NCBI GenBank assembly: GCA_964057225.1 | Contig: CAXKVF010000075.1 | Location: forward strand, 310,001 to 374,000 | DNA length: 64,000 bases | Reading direction: 5' to 3' | Origin: Auanema rhodensis | Taxonomy: Eukaryota; Animalia; Nematoda | In this document: positions 7,901-22,900 of the stretch, in pieces | How the letters are laid out: every line of letters starts with the position of its first letter | How positions within the stretch are numbered: position 1 is the first letter of the stretch | Notes under the pieces: generated by a model | What the model saw: the letters and a program-made list of their open reading frames with translations, nothing else | What the model was told of the DNA's origin: nothing | Database searches by the model: none | Translations under genes and position numbers: made by a program

Positions 7901-10900
7901 AGCATAAATTAAAGTTCACGTAAATTTCAAAGTCATGGTTACCATGAAGCAATATCAATAAAAATTTGTTTTTAGACTAATATGGACATGGGGAATCTAA
8001 TTTTGAAAACCGCATCTCTTTATCTTTCACGTGAAGCGAGTTACATACCAAGTGCACATCACGTGTACATTTAATTAGCATAAATTAAAGTTCACGTAAA
8101 ATTCAAAGTCATGGTTACCATGAACCAATATCAATAAAAATTTGTTTTTAGACTAATATGGACATGGGGAATCTAATTTTGAAAACCGCATCTCTTTATC
8201 TTTCACGTGAAGCGAGTTACATACCAAGTGCACATCACGTGTACATTTAATTAGCATAAATTAAAGTTCACGTAAATTTCAAAGTCATGGTTACCATGCA
8301 CCAATATCAATAAAAATTTGTTTTTAGACTAATATGGACATGGGAAATCTAATTTTGAGAACCGCATCTCTTTATCTTTCACGTGAAGCGAGTTACATAC
8401 CAAGTGCACATCACGTGTACATTTAATTAGCATAAATTAAAGTTCACGTAAATTTCAAAGTCATGGTTACCATGAAGCAATATCAATAAAAATTTGTTTT
8501 TAGACTAATATGGACATGGGGAATCTAATTTTGAAAACCGCATCTCTTCATCTTTCACGTGAAGCGAGTTACATACCAAGTGCACATCACGTGTACATTT
8601 AATTAGCATAAATTAAAGTTCACGTAAATTTCAAAGTCATGGTTACCATGAACCAATATCAATAAAAATTTGTTTTTAGACTAATATGGACATGGGGAAT
8701 CTAATTTTGAAAACCGCATCTCTTTATCTTTCACGTGAAGCGAGTTACATACCAAGTGCACATCACGTGTACATTTAATTAGCATAAATTAAAGTTCACG
8801 TAAATTTCAAAGTCATGGTTACCATGCACCAATATCAATAAAAATTTGTTTTTAGACTAATATGGACATGGGGAATCTAATTTTGAAAACCGCATCTCTT
8901 TATCTTTCACGTGAAGCAAGTTACATACCAAGTGCACATCACGTGTACATTTAATTAGCATAAATTAAAGTTCACGTAAATTTCAAAGTCATGGTTACCA
9001 TGAACCAATATCAATAAAAATTTGTTTTCAGACTAATATGGACATGGGGAATCTAATTTTGAAAACCGCATTTCTTTATCTTTCACGTGAAGCGAGTTAC
9101 ATACCAAGTGCACATCACGTGTACATTTAATTAGCATAAATTAAAGTTCACGTAAATTTCAAAGTCATGGTTACCATGAAGCAATATCAATAAAAATTTG
9201 TTTTTAGACTAATATGGACATGGGGAATCTAATTTTGAAAACCGCATCTCTTTATCTTTCACGTGAAGCGAGTTACATACCAAGTGCACATCACGTGTAC
9301 ATTTAATTAGCATAAATTAAAGTTCACGTAAAATTCAAAGTCATGGTTACCATGAACCAATATCAATAAAAATTTGTTTTTAGACTAATATGGACATGGG
9401 GAATCTAATTTTGAAAACCGCATCTCTTTATCTTTCACGTGAAGCGAGTTACATACCAAGTGCACATCACGTGTACATTTAATTAGCATTAATTAAAGTT
9501 CACGTAAATTTCAAAGTCATGGTTACCATGAACCAATATCAATAAAAATTTGTTTTTAGACTAATATGGACATGGGGAATCTACTTTTGAAAACCGCATC
9601 TCTTTATCTTTCACGTGAAGCGAGTTACATACCAAGTGCACATCACGTGTACATTTAATTAGCATAAATTAAAGTTCACGTAAAATTCAAAGTCATGGTT
9701 ACCATGAACCAATATCAATAAAAATTTGTTTTTAGACTAATATGGACATGGGGAATCTAATTTTGAGAACCGCATCTCTTTATCTTTCACATGAAGCGAG
9801 TTACATACCAAGTGCACATCACGTGTACATTTAATTAGCATAAATTAAAGTTCACGTAAATTTCAAAGTCATGGTTACCATGAAGCAATATCAATAAAAA
9901 TTTGTTTTTAGACTAATATGGACATGGGGAATCTAATTTTGAAAACCGCATCTCTTTATCTTTCACGTGAAGCGAGTTACATACCAAGTGCACATCACGT
10001 GTACATTTAATTAGCATAAATTAAAGTTCACGTAAATTTCAAAGTCATGGTTACCATGAACCAATATCAATAAAAATTTGTTTTTAGACTAATATGGACA
10101 TGGGGAATCTAATTTTGAAAACCGCATTTCTTTATCTTTCACGTGAAGCGAGTTACATACCAAGTGCACATCACGTGTACATTTAATTAGCATAAATTAA
10201 AGTTCACGTAAAATTCAAAGTCATGGTTACCATGAACCAATATCAATAAAAATTTGTTTTTAGACTAATATGGACATGGGGAATCTAATTTTGAAAACCG
10301 CATCTCTTTATCTTTCACGTGAAGCGAGTTACATACCAAGTGCACATCACGTGTACATTTAATTAGCATTAATTAAAGTTCACGTAAATTTCAAAGTCAT
10401 GGTTACCATGAACCAATATCAATAAAAATTTGTTTTTAGACTAATATGGACATGGGGAATCTACTTTTGAAAACCGCATCTCTTTATCTTTCACGTGAAG
10501 CGAGTTACATACCAAGTGCACATCACGTGTACATTTAATTAGCATAAATTAAAGTTCACGTAAAATTCAAAGTCATGGTTACCATGAACCAATATCAATA
10601 AAAATTTGTTTTTAGACTAATATGGACATGGGGAATCTAATTTTGAAAACCGCATCTCTTTATCTTTCACGTGAAGCGAGTTACATACCAAGTGCACATC
10701 ACGTGTACATTTAATTAGCATAAATTAAAGTTCACGTATATTTCAAAGTCATGGTTACCATGAACTAATATCAATAAAAATTTGTTTTTAGACTAATATG
10801 GACATGGGGAATCTAATTTTGAAAACCGCATCTCTTTATCTTTCACGTGAAGCGAGTTACATACCAAGTGCACATCACGTGTACATTTAATTAGCATAAA

Positions 10901-13900
10901 TTAAAGTTCACGTAAATTTCAAAGTCATGGTTACCATGAAGCAATATCAATAAAAATTTGTTTTTAGACTAATATGGACATGGGGAATCTAATTTTGAAA
11001 ACCGCATCTCTTTATCTTTCACGTGAAGCGAGTTACATACCAAGTGCACATCACGTGTACATTTAATTAGCATAAATTAAAGTTCACGTAAATTTCAAAG
11101 TCATGGTTACCATGCACCAATATCAATAAAAATTTGTTTTTAGACTAATATGGACATGGGGAATCTAATTTTGAGAACCGCATCTCTTTATCTTTCACGT
11201 GAAGCGAGTTACATACCAAGTGCACATCACGTGTACATTTAATTAGCATAAATTAAAGTTCACGTAAATTTCAAAGTCATGGTTACCATGAAGCAATATC
11301 AATAAAAATTTGTTTTTAGACTAATATGGACATGGGGAATCTAATTTTGAAAACCGCATCTCTTTATCTTTCACGTGAAGCGAGTTACATACCAAGTGCA
11401 CATCACGTGTACATTTAATTAGCATAAATTAAAGTTCACGTAAATTTCAAAGTCATGGTTACCATGAACCAATATCAATAAAAATTTGTTTTTAGACTAA
11501 TATGGACATGGGGAATCTAATTTTGAAAACCGCATCTCTTTATCTTTCACGTGAAGCGAGTTACATACCAAGTGCACATCACGTGTACATTTAATTAGCA
11601 TAAATTAAAGTTCACGTATATTTCAAAGTCATGGTTACCATGAACTAATATCAATAAAAATTTGTTTTTAGACTAATATGGACATGGGGAATCTAATTTT
11701 GAAAACCGCATCTCTTTATCTTTCACGTGAAGCGAGTTACATACCAAGTGCACATCACGTGTACATTTAATTAGCATAAATTAAAGTTCACGTAAATTTC
11801 AAAGTCATGGTTACCATGAAGCAATATCAATAAAAAGTTGTTTTTAGACTAATATGGACATGGGGAATCTAATTTTGAAAACCGCATCTCTTTATCTTTC
11901 ACGTGAAGCGAGTTACATACCAAGTGCACATCACGTGTACATTTAATTAGCATAAATTAAAGTTCACGTAAATTTCAAAGTCATGGTTACCATGCACCAA
12001 TATCAATAAAAATTTGTTTTTAGACTAATATGGACATGGGGAATCTAATTTTGAGAACCGCATCTCTTTATCTTTCACGTGAAGCGAGTTACATACCAAG
12101 TGCACATCACGTGTACATTTAATTAGCATAAATTAAAGTTCACGTAAATTTCAAAGTCATGGTTACCATGAAGCAATATCAATAAAAATTTGTTTTTAGA
12201 CTAATATGGACATGGGGAATCTAATTTTGAAAACCGCATCTCTTTATCTTTCACGTGAAGCGAGTTACATACCAAGTGCACATCACGTGTACATTTAATT
12301 AGCATAAATTAAAGTTCACGTAAATTTCAAAGTCATGGTTACCATGAACCAATATCAATAAAAATTTGTTTTTAGACTAATATGGACATGGGGAATCTAA
12401 TTTTGAAAACCGCATTTCTTTATCTTTCACGTGAAGCGAGTTACATACCAAGTGCACATCACGTGTACATTTAATTAGCATAAATTAAAGTTCACGTAAA
12501 ATTCAAAGTCATGGTTACCATGAACCAATATCAATAAAAATTTGTTTTTAGACTAATATGGACATGGGGAATCTAATTTTGAAAACCGCATCTCTTTATC
12601 TTTCACGTGAAGCGAGTTACATACCAAGTGCACATCACGTGTACATTTAATTAGCATTAATTAAAGTTCACGTAAATTTCAAAGTCATGGTTACCATGAA
12701 CCAATATCAATAAAAATTTGTTTTTAGACTAATATGGACATGGGGAATCTAATTTTGAAAACCGCATCTCTTTATCTTTCACGTGAAGCAAGTTACATAC
12801 CAAGTGCACATCACGTGTACATTTAATTAGCATAAATTAAAGTTCACGTAAATTTCAAAGTCATGGTTACCATGAACCAATATCAATAAAAATTTGTTTT
12901 TAGACTAATATGGACATGGGGAATCTAATTTTGAAAACCGCATCTCTTTATCTTTCACGTGAAGCAAGTTACATACCAAGTGCACATCACGTGTACATTT
13001 AATTAGCATAAATTAAAGTTCACGTAAATTTCAAAGTCATGGTTACCATGAACCAATATCAATAAAAATTTGTTTTCAGACTAATATGGACATGGGGAAT
13101 CTAATTTTGAAAACCGCATTTCTTTATCTTTCACGTGAAGCGAGTTACATACCAAGTGCACATCACGTGTACATTTAATTAGCATAAATTAAAGTTCACG
13201 TAAATTTCAAAGTCATGGTTACCATGAACCAATATCAATAAAAATTTGTTTTTAGACTAATATGGACATGGGGAATCTAATTTTGAAAACCGCATCTCTT
13301 TATCTTTCACGTGAAGCGAGTTACATACCAAGTGCACATCACGTGTACATTTAATTAGCATAAATTAAAGTTCACGTAAATTTCAAAGTCATGGTTACCA
13401 TGCACCAATATCAATAAAAATTTGTTTTTAGACTAATATGGACATGGGGAATCTAATTTTGAGAACCGCATCTCTTTATCTTTCACGTGAAGCGAGTTAC
13501 ATACCAAGTGCACATCACGTGTACATTTAATTAGCATAAATTAAAGTTCACGTAAATTTCAAAGTCATGGTTACCATGAAGCAATATCAATAAAAATTTG
13601 TTTTTAGACTAATATGGACATGGGGAATCTAATTTTGAAAACCGCATCTCTTCATCTTTCACGTGAAGCGAGTTACATACCAAGTGCACATCACGTGTAC
13701 ATTTAATTAGCATAAATTAAAGTTCACGTAAATTTCAAAGTCATGGTTACCATGAACCAATATCAATAAAATTTGTTTTTAGACTAATATGGACATGGGG
13801 AATCTAATTTTGAAAACCGCATCTCTTTATCTTTCACGTGAAGCGAGTTACATACCAAGTGCACATCACGTGTACATTTAATTAGCATAAATTAAAGTTC

Positions 13901-16900
13901 ACGTAAATTTCAAAGTCATGGTTACCATGCACCAATATCAATAAAAATTTGTTTTTAGACTAATATGGACATGGGGAATCTAATTTTGAAAACCGCATCT
14001 CTTTATCTTTCACGTGAAGCAAGTTACATACCAAGTGCACATCACGTGTACATTTAATTAGCATAAATTAAAGTTCACGTAAATTTCAAAGTCATGGTTA
14101 CCATGAACCAATATCAATAAAAATTTGTTTTCAGACTAATATGGACATGGGGAATCTAATTTTGAAAACCGCATTTCTTTATCTTTCACGTGAAGCGAGT
14201 TACATACCAAGTGCACATCACGTGTACATTTAATTAGCATAAATTAAAGTTCACGTAAATTTCAAAGTCATGGTTACCATGCACCAATATCAATAAAAAT
14301 TTGTTTTTAGACTAATATGGACATGGGGAATCTAATTTTGAGAACCGCATCTCTTTATCTTTCACGTGAAGCGAGTTACATACCAAGTGCACATCACGTG
14401 TACATTTAATTAGCATAAATTAAAGTTCACGTAAATTTCAAAGTCATGGTTACCATGAAGCAATATCAATAAAAATTTGTTTTTAGACTAATATGGACAT
14501 GGGGAATCTAATTTTGAAAACCGCATCTCTTTATCTTTCACGTGAAGCGAGTTACATACCAAGTGCACATCACGTGTACATTTAATTAGCATAAATTAAA
14601 GTTCACGTAAATTTCAAAGTCATGGTTACCATGAACCAATATCAATAAAAATTTGTTTTTAGACTAATATGGACATGGGGAATCTAATTTTGAAAACCGC
14701 ATTTCTTTATCTTTCACGTGAAGCGAGTTACATACCAAGTGCACATCACGTGTACATTTAATTAGCATAAATTAAAGTTCACGTAAAATTCAAAGTCATG
14801 GTTACCATGAACCAATATCAATAAAAATTTGTTTTTAGACTAATATGGACATGGGGAATCTAATTTTGAAAACCGCATCTCTTTATCTTTCACGTGAAGC
14901 GAGTTACATACCAAGTGCACATCACGTGTACATTTAATTAGCATTAATTAAAGTTCACGTAAATTTCAAAGTCATGGTTACCATGAAGCAATATCAATAA
15001 AAATTTGTTTTTAGACTAATATGGACATGGGGAATCTAATTTTGAAAACCGCATCTCTTTATCTTTCACGTGAAGCGAGTTACATACCAAGTGCACATCA
15101 CGTGTACATTTAATTAGCATAAATTAAAGTTCACGTAAATTTCAAAGTCATGGTTACCATGCACCAATATCAATAAAAATTTGTTTTTAGACTAATATGG
15201 ACATGGGGAATCTAATTTTGAGAACCGCATCTCTTTATCTTTCACGTGAAGCGAGTTACATACCAAGTGCACATCACGTGTACATTTAATTAGCATAAAT
15301 TAAAGTTCACGTAAATTTCAAAGTCATGGTTACCATGAAGCAATATCAATAAAAATTTGTTTTTAGACTAATATGGACATGGGGAATCTAATTTTGAAAA
15401 CCGCATCTCTTTATCTTTCACGTGAAGCGAGTTACATACCAAGTGCACATCACGTGTACATTTAATTAGCATAAATTAAAGTTCACGTAAATTTCAAAGT
15501 CATGGTTACCATGAACCAATATCAATAAAAATTTGTTTTTAGACTAATATGGACATGGGGAATCTAATTTTGAAAACCGCATTTCTTTATCTTTCACGTG
15601 AAGCGAGTTACATACCAAGTGCACATCACGTGTACATTTAATTAGCATAAATTAAAGTTCACGTAAAATTCAAAGTCATGGTTACCATGAACCAATATCA
15701 ATAAAAATTTGTTTTTAGACTAATATGGACATGGGGAATCTAATTTTGAAAACCGCATCTCTTTATCTTTCACGTGAAGCGAGTTACATACCAAGTGCAC
15801 ATCACGTGTACATTTAATTAGCATTAATTAAAGTTCACGTAAATTTCAAAGTCATGGTTACCATGAACCAATATCAATAAAAATTTGTTTTTAGACTAAT
15901 ATGGACATGGGGAATCTAATTTTGAAAACCGCATCTCTTTATCTTTCACGTGAAGCAAGTTACATACCAAGTGCACATCACGTGTACATTTAATTAGCAT
16001 AAATTAAAGTTCACGTAAATTTCAAAGTCATGGTTACCATGAACCAATATCAATAAAAATTTGTTTTCAGACTAATATGGACATGGGGAATCTAATTTTG
16101 AAAACCGCATTTCTTTATCTTTCACGTGAAGCGAGTTACATACCAAGTGCACATCACGTGTACATTTAATTAGCATAAATTAAAGTTCACGTAAATTTCA
16201 AAGTCATGGTTACCATGAACCAATATCAATAAAAATTTGTTTTTAGACTAATATGGACATGGGGAATCTAATTTTGAAAACCGCATCTCTTTATCTTTCA
16301 CGTGAAGCGAGTTACATACCAAGTGCACATCACGTGTACATTTAATTAGCATAAATTAAAGTTCACGTAAATTTCAAAGTCATGGTTACCATGCACCAAT
16401 ATCAATAAAAATTTGTTTTTAGACTAATATGGACATGGGGAATCTAATTTTGAGAACCGCATCTCTTTATCTTTCACGTGAAGCGAGTTACATACCAAGT
16501 GCACATCACGTGTACATTTAATTAGCATAAATTAAAGTTCACGTAAATTTCAAAGTCATGGTTACCATGAAGCAATATCAATAAAAATTTGCTTTTAGAC
16601 TAATATGGACATGGGGAATCTAATTTTGAAAACCGCATCTCTTCATCTTTCACGTGAAGCGAGTTACATACCAAGTGCACATCACGTGTACATTTAATTA
16701 GCATAAATTAAAGTTCACGTAAATTTCAAAGTCATGGTTACCATGAACCAATATCAATAAAATTTGTTTTTAGACTAATATGGACATGGGGAATCTAATT
16801 TTGAAAACCGCATCTCTTTATCTTTCACGTGAAGCGAGTTACATACCAAGTGCACATCACGTGTACATTTAATTAGCATAAATTAAAGTTCACGTAAATT

Positions 16901-19900
16901 TCAAAGTCATGGTTACCATGCACCAATATCAATAAAAATTTGTTTTTAGACTAATATGGACATGGGGAATCTAATTTTGAAAACCGCATCTCTTTATCTT
17001 TCACGTGAAGCAAGTTACATACCAAGTGCACATCACGTGTACATTTAATTAGCATAAATTAAAGTTCACGTAAATTTCAAAGTCATGGTTACCATGAACC
17101 AATATCAATAAAAATTTGTTTTCAGACTAATATGGACATGGGGAATCTAATTTTGAAAACCGCATTTCTTTATCTTTCACGTGAAGCGAGTTACATACCA
17201 AGTGCACATCACGTGTACATTTAATTAGCATAAATTAAAGTTCACGTAAATTTCAAAGTCATGGTTACCATGCACCAATATCAATAAAAATTTGTTTTTA
17301 GACTAATATGGACATGGGGAATCTAATTTTGAGAACCGCATCTCTTTATCTTTCACGTGAAGCGAGTTACATACCAAGTGCACATCACGTGTACATTTAA
17401 TTAGCATAAATTAAAGTTCACGTAAATTTCAAAGTCATGGTTACCATGAAGCAATATCAATAAAAATTTGTTTTTAGACTAATATGGACATGGGGAATCT
17501 AATTTTGAAAACCGCATCTCTTTATCTTTCACGTGAAGCGAGTTACATACCAAGTGCACATCACGTGTACATTTAATTAGCATAAATTAAAGTTCACGTA
17601 AATTTCAAAGTCATGGTTACCATGAACCAATATCAATAAAAATTTGTTTTTAGACTAATATGGACATGGGGAATCTAATTTTGAAAACCGCATTTCTTTA
17701 TCTTTCACGTGAAGCGAGTTACATACCAAGTGCACATCACGTGTACATTTAATTAGCATAAATTAAAGTTCACGTAAAATTCAAAGTCATGGTTACCATG
17801 AACCAATATCAATAAAAATTTGTTTTTAGACTAATATGGACATGGGGAATCTAATTTTGAGAACCGCATCTCTTTATCTTTCACGTGAAGCGAGTTACAT
17901 ACCAAGTGCACATCACGTGTACATTTAATTAGCATTAATTAAAGTTCACGTAAATTTCAAAGTCATGGTTACCATGAAGCAATATCAATAAAAATTTGTT
18001 TTTAGACTAATATGGACATGGGGAATCTAATTTTGAAAACCGCATCTCTTTATCTTTCACGTGAAGCGAGTTACATACCAAGTGCACATCACGTGTACAT
18101 TTAATTAGCATAAATTAAAGTTCACGTAAATTTCAAAGTCATGGTTACCATGAACCAATATCAATAAAAATTTGTTTTTAGACTAATATGGACATGGGGA
18201 ATCTAATTTTGAAAACCGCATCTCTTTATCTTTCACGTGAAGCGAGTTACATACCAAGTGCACATCACGTGTACATTTAATTAGCATAAATTAAAGTTCA
18301 CGTAAAATTCAAAGTCATGGTTACCATGAACCAATATCAATAAAAATTTGTTTTTAGACTAATATGGACATAGGGAATCTAATTTTGAAAACCGCATCTC
18401 TTTATCTTTCACGTGAAGCGAGTTACATACCAAGTGCACATCACGTGTACATTTAATTAGCATTAATTAAAGTTCACGTAAATTTCAAAGTCATGGTTAC
18501 CATGAACCAATATCAATAAAAATTTGTTTTTAGACTAATATGGACATGGGGAATCTAATTTTGAAAACCGCATCTCTTTATCTTTCACGTGAAGCAAGTT
18601 ACATACCAAGTGCACATCACGTGTACATTTAATTAGCATAAATTAAAGTTCACGTAAATTTCAAAGTCATGGTTACCATGAACCAATATCAATAAAAATT
18701 TGTTTTTAGACTAATATGGACATGGGGAATCTAATTTTGAAAACCGCATCTCTTTATCTTTCACGTGAAGCAAGTTACATACCAAGTGCACATCACGTGT
18801 ACATTTAATTAGCATAAATTAAAGTTCACGTAAATTTCAAAGTCATGGTTACCATGAACCAATATCAATAAAAATTTGTTTTCAGACTAATATGGACATG
18901 GGGAATCTAATTTTGAAAACCGCATTTCTTTATCTTTCACGTGAAGCGAGTTACATACCAAGTGCACATCACGTGTACATTTAATTAGCATAAATTAAAG
19001 TTCACGTAAATTTCAAAGTCATGGTTACCATGAACCAATATCAATAAAAATTTGTTTTTAGACTAATATGGACATGGGGAATCTAATTTTGAAAACCGCA
19101 TCTCTTTATCTTTCACGTGAAGCGAGTTACATACCAAGTGCACATCACGTGTACATTTAATTAGCATAAATTAAAGTTCACGTAAATTTCAAAGTCATGG
19201 TTACCATGCACCAATATCAATAAAAATTTGTTTTTAGACTAATATGGACATGGGGAATCTAATTTTGAGAACCGCATCTCTTTATCTTTCACGTGAAGCG
19301 AGTTACATACCAAGTGCACATCACGTGTACATTTAATTAGCATAAATTAAAGTTCACGTAAATTTCAAAGTCATGGTTACCATGAAGCAATATCAATAAA
19401 AATTTGTTTTTAGACTAATATGGACATGGGGAATCTAATTTTGAAAACCGCATCTCTTCATCTTTCACGTGAAGCGAGTTACATACCAAGTGCACATCAC
19501 GTGTACATTTAATTAGCATAAATTAAAGTTCACGTAAATTTCAAAGTCATGGTTACCATGAACCAATATCAATAAAAATTTGTTTTTAGACTAATATGGA
19601 CATGGGGAATCTAATTTTGAAAACCGCATCTCTTTATCTTTCACGTGAAGCGAGTTACATACCAAGTGCACATCACGTGTACATTTAATTAGCATAAATT
19701 AAAGTTCACGTAAATTTCAAAGTCATGGTTACCATGCACCAATATCAATAAAAATTTGTTTTTAGACTAATATGGACATGGGGAATCTAATTTTGAAAAC
19801 CGCATCTCTTTATCTTTCACGTGAAGCAAGTTACATACCAAGTGCACATCACGTGTACATTTAATTAGCATAAATTAAAGTTCACGTAAATTTCAAAGTC

Positions 19901-22900
19901 ATGGTTACCATGAACCAATATCAATAAAAATTTGTTTTCAGACTAATATGGACATGGGGAATCTAATTTTGAAAACCGCATTTCTTTATCTTTCACGTGA
20001 AGCGAGTTACATACCAAGTGCACATCACGTGTACATTTAATTAGCATAAATTAAAGTTCACGTAAATTTCAAAGTCATGGTTACCATGCACCAATATCAA
20101 TAAAAATTTGTTTTTAGACTAATATGGACATGGGGAATCTAATTTTGAGAACCGCATCTCTTTATCTTTCACGTGAAGCGAGTTACATACCAAGTGCACA
20201 TCACGTGTACATTTAATTAGCATAAATTAAAGTTCACGTAAATTTCAAAGTCATGGTTACCATGAAGCAATATCAATAAAAATTTGTTTTTAGACTAATA
20301 TGGACATGGGGAATCTAATTTTGAAAACCGCATCTCTTTATCTTTCACGTGAAGCGAGTTACATACCAAGTGCACATCACGTGTACATTTAATTAGCATA
20401 AATTAAAGTTCACGTAAATTTCAAAGTCATGGTTACCATGAACCAATATCAATAAAAATTTGTTTTTAGACTAATATGGACATGGGGAATCTAATTTTGA
20501 AAACCGCATTTCTTTATCTTTCACGTGAAGCGAGTTACATACCAAGTGCACATCACGTGTACATTTAATTAGCATAAATTAAAGTTCACGTAAAATTCAA
20601 AGTCATGGTTACCATGAACCAATATCAATAAAAATTTGTTTTTAGACTAATATGGACATGGGGAATCTAATTTTGAAAACCGCATCTCTTTATCTTTCAC
20701 GTGAAGCGAGTTACATACCAAGTGCACATCACGTGTACATTTAATTAGCATTAATTAAAGTTCACGTAAATTTCAAAGTCATGGTTACCATGAACCAATA
20801 TCAATAAAAATTTGTTTTTAGACTAATATGGACATGGGGAATCTACTTTTGAAAACCGCATCTCTTTATCTTTCACGTGAAGCGAGTTACATACCAAGTG
20901 CACATCACGTGTACATTTAATTAGCATAAATTAAAGTTCACGTAAAATTCAAAGTCATGGTTACCATGAACCAATATCAATAAAAATTTGTTTTTAGACT
21001 AATATGGACATGGGGAATCTAATTTTGAAAACCGCATCTCTTTATCTTTCACGTGAAGCGAGTTACATACCAAGTGCACATCACGTGTACATTTAATTAG
21101 CATAAATTAAAGTTCACGTATATTTCAAAGTCATGGTTACCATGAACTAATATCAATAAAAATTTGTTTTTAGACTAATATGGACATGGGGAATCTAATT
21201 TTGAAAACCGCATCTCTTTATCTTTCACGTGAAGCGAGTTACATACCAAGTGCACATCACGTGTACATTTAATTAGCATAAATTAAAGTTCACGTATATT
21301 TCAAAGTCATGGTTACCATGAACTAATATCAATAAAAATTTGTTTTTAGACTAATATGGACATGGGGAATCTAATTTTGAAAACCGCATCTCTTTATCTT
21401 TCACGTGAAGCGAGTTACATACCAAGTGCACATCACGTGTACATTTAATTAGCATAAATTAAAGTTCACGTAAATTTCAAAGTCATGGTTACCATGAACC
21501 AATATCAATAAAAATTTGTTTTTAGACTAATATGGACATGGGGAATCTAATTTTGAAAACCGCATCTCTTTATCTTTCACGTGAAGCGAGTTACATACCA
21601 AGTGCACATCACGTGTACATTTAATTAGCATAAATTAAAGTTCACGTAAATTTCAAAGTCATGGTTACCATGAACCAATATCAATAAAAATTTGTTTTTA
21701 GACTAATATGGACATGGGGAATCTAATTTTGAAAACCGCATCTCTTTATCTTTCACGTGAAGCGAGTTACATACCAAGTGCACATCACGTGTACATTTAA
21801 TTAGCATAAATTAAAGTTCACGTAAATTTCAAAGTCATGGTTACCATGAACCAATATCAATAAAAATTTGTTTTTAGACTAATATGGACATGGGGAATCT
21901 AATTTTGAAAACCGCATCTCTTTATCTTTCACGTGAAGCGAGTTACATACCAAGTGCACATCACGTGTACATTTAATTAGCATAAATTAAAGTTCACGTA
22001 AATTTCAAAGTCATGGTTACCATGAACCAATATCAATAAAAATTTGTTTTTAGACTAATATGGACATGGGGAATCTAATTTTGAAAACCGCATCTCTTTA
22101 TCTTTCACGTGAAGCGAGTTACATACCAAGTGCACATCACGTGTACATTTAATTAGCATAAATTAAAGTTCACGTAAATTTCAAAGTCATGGTTACCATG
22201 AACCAATATCAATAAAAATTTGTTTTTAGACTAATATGGACATGGGGAATCTAATTTTGAAAACCGCATCTCTTCATCTTTCACGTGAAGCGAGTTACAT
22301 ACCAAGTGCACATCACGTGTACATTTAATTAGCATAAATTAAAGTTCACGTAAATTTCAAAGTCATGGTTACCATGCACCAATATCAATAAAAATTTGTT
22401 TTTAGACTAATATGGACATGGGGAATCTAATTTTGAAAACCGCATCTCTTTATCTTTCACGTGAAGCGAATTACATACCAAGTGCACATCACGTGTACAT
22501 TTAATTAGCATAAATTAAAGTTCACGTAAATTTCAAAGTCATGGTTACCATGAACTAATATCAATAAAAATTTGTTTTTAGACTAATATGGACATGGGGA
22601 ATCTAATTTTGAAAACCGCATCTCTTTATCTTTCACGTGAAGCGAGTTACATACCAAGTGCACATCACGTGTACATTTAATTAGCATAAAGTAAAGTTCA
22701 CGTAAATTTCAAAGTCATGGTTACCATGAACCAATATCAATAAAAATTTGTTTTTAGACTAATATGGACATGGGGAATCTAATTTTGAAAACCGCATCTC
22801 TTTATCTTTCACGTGAAGCGAGCTACATACCAAGTGCACATCACGTGTACATTTAATTAGCATAAATTAAAGTTCACGTAAATTTCAAAGTCATGGTTAC

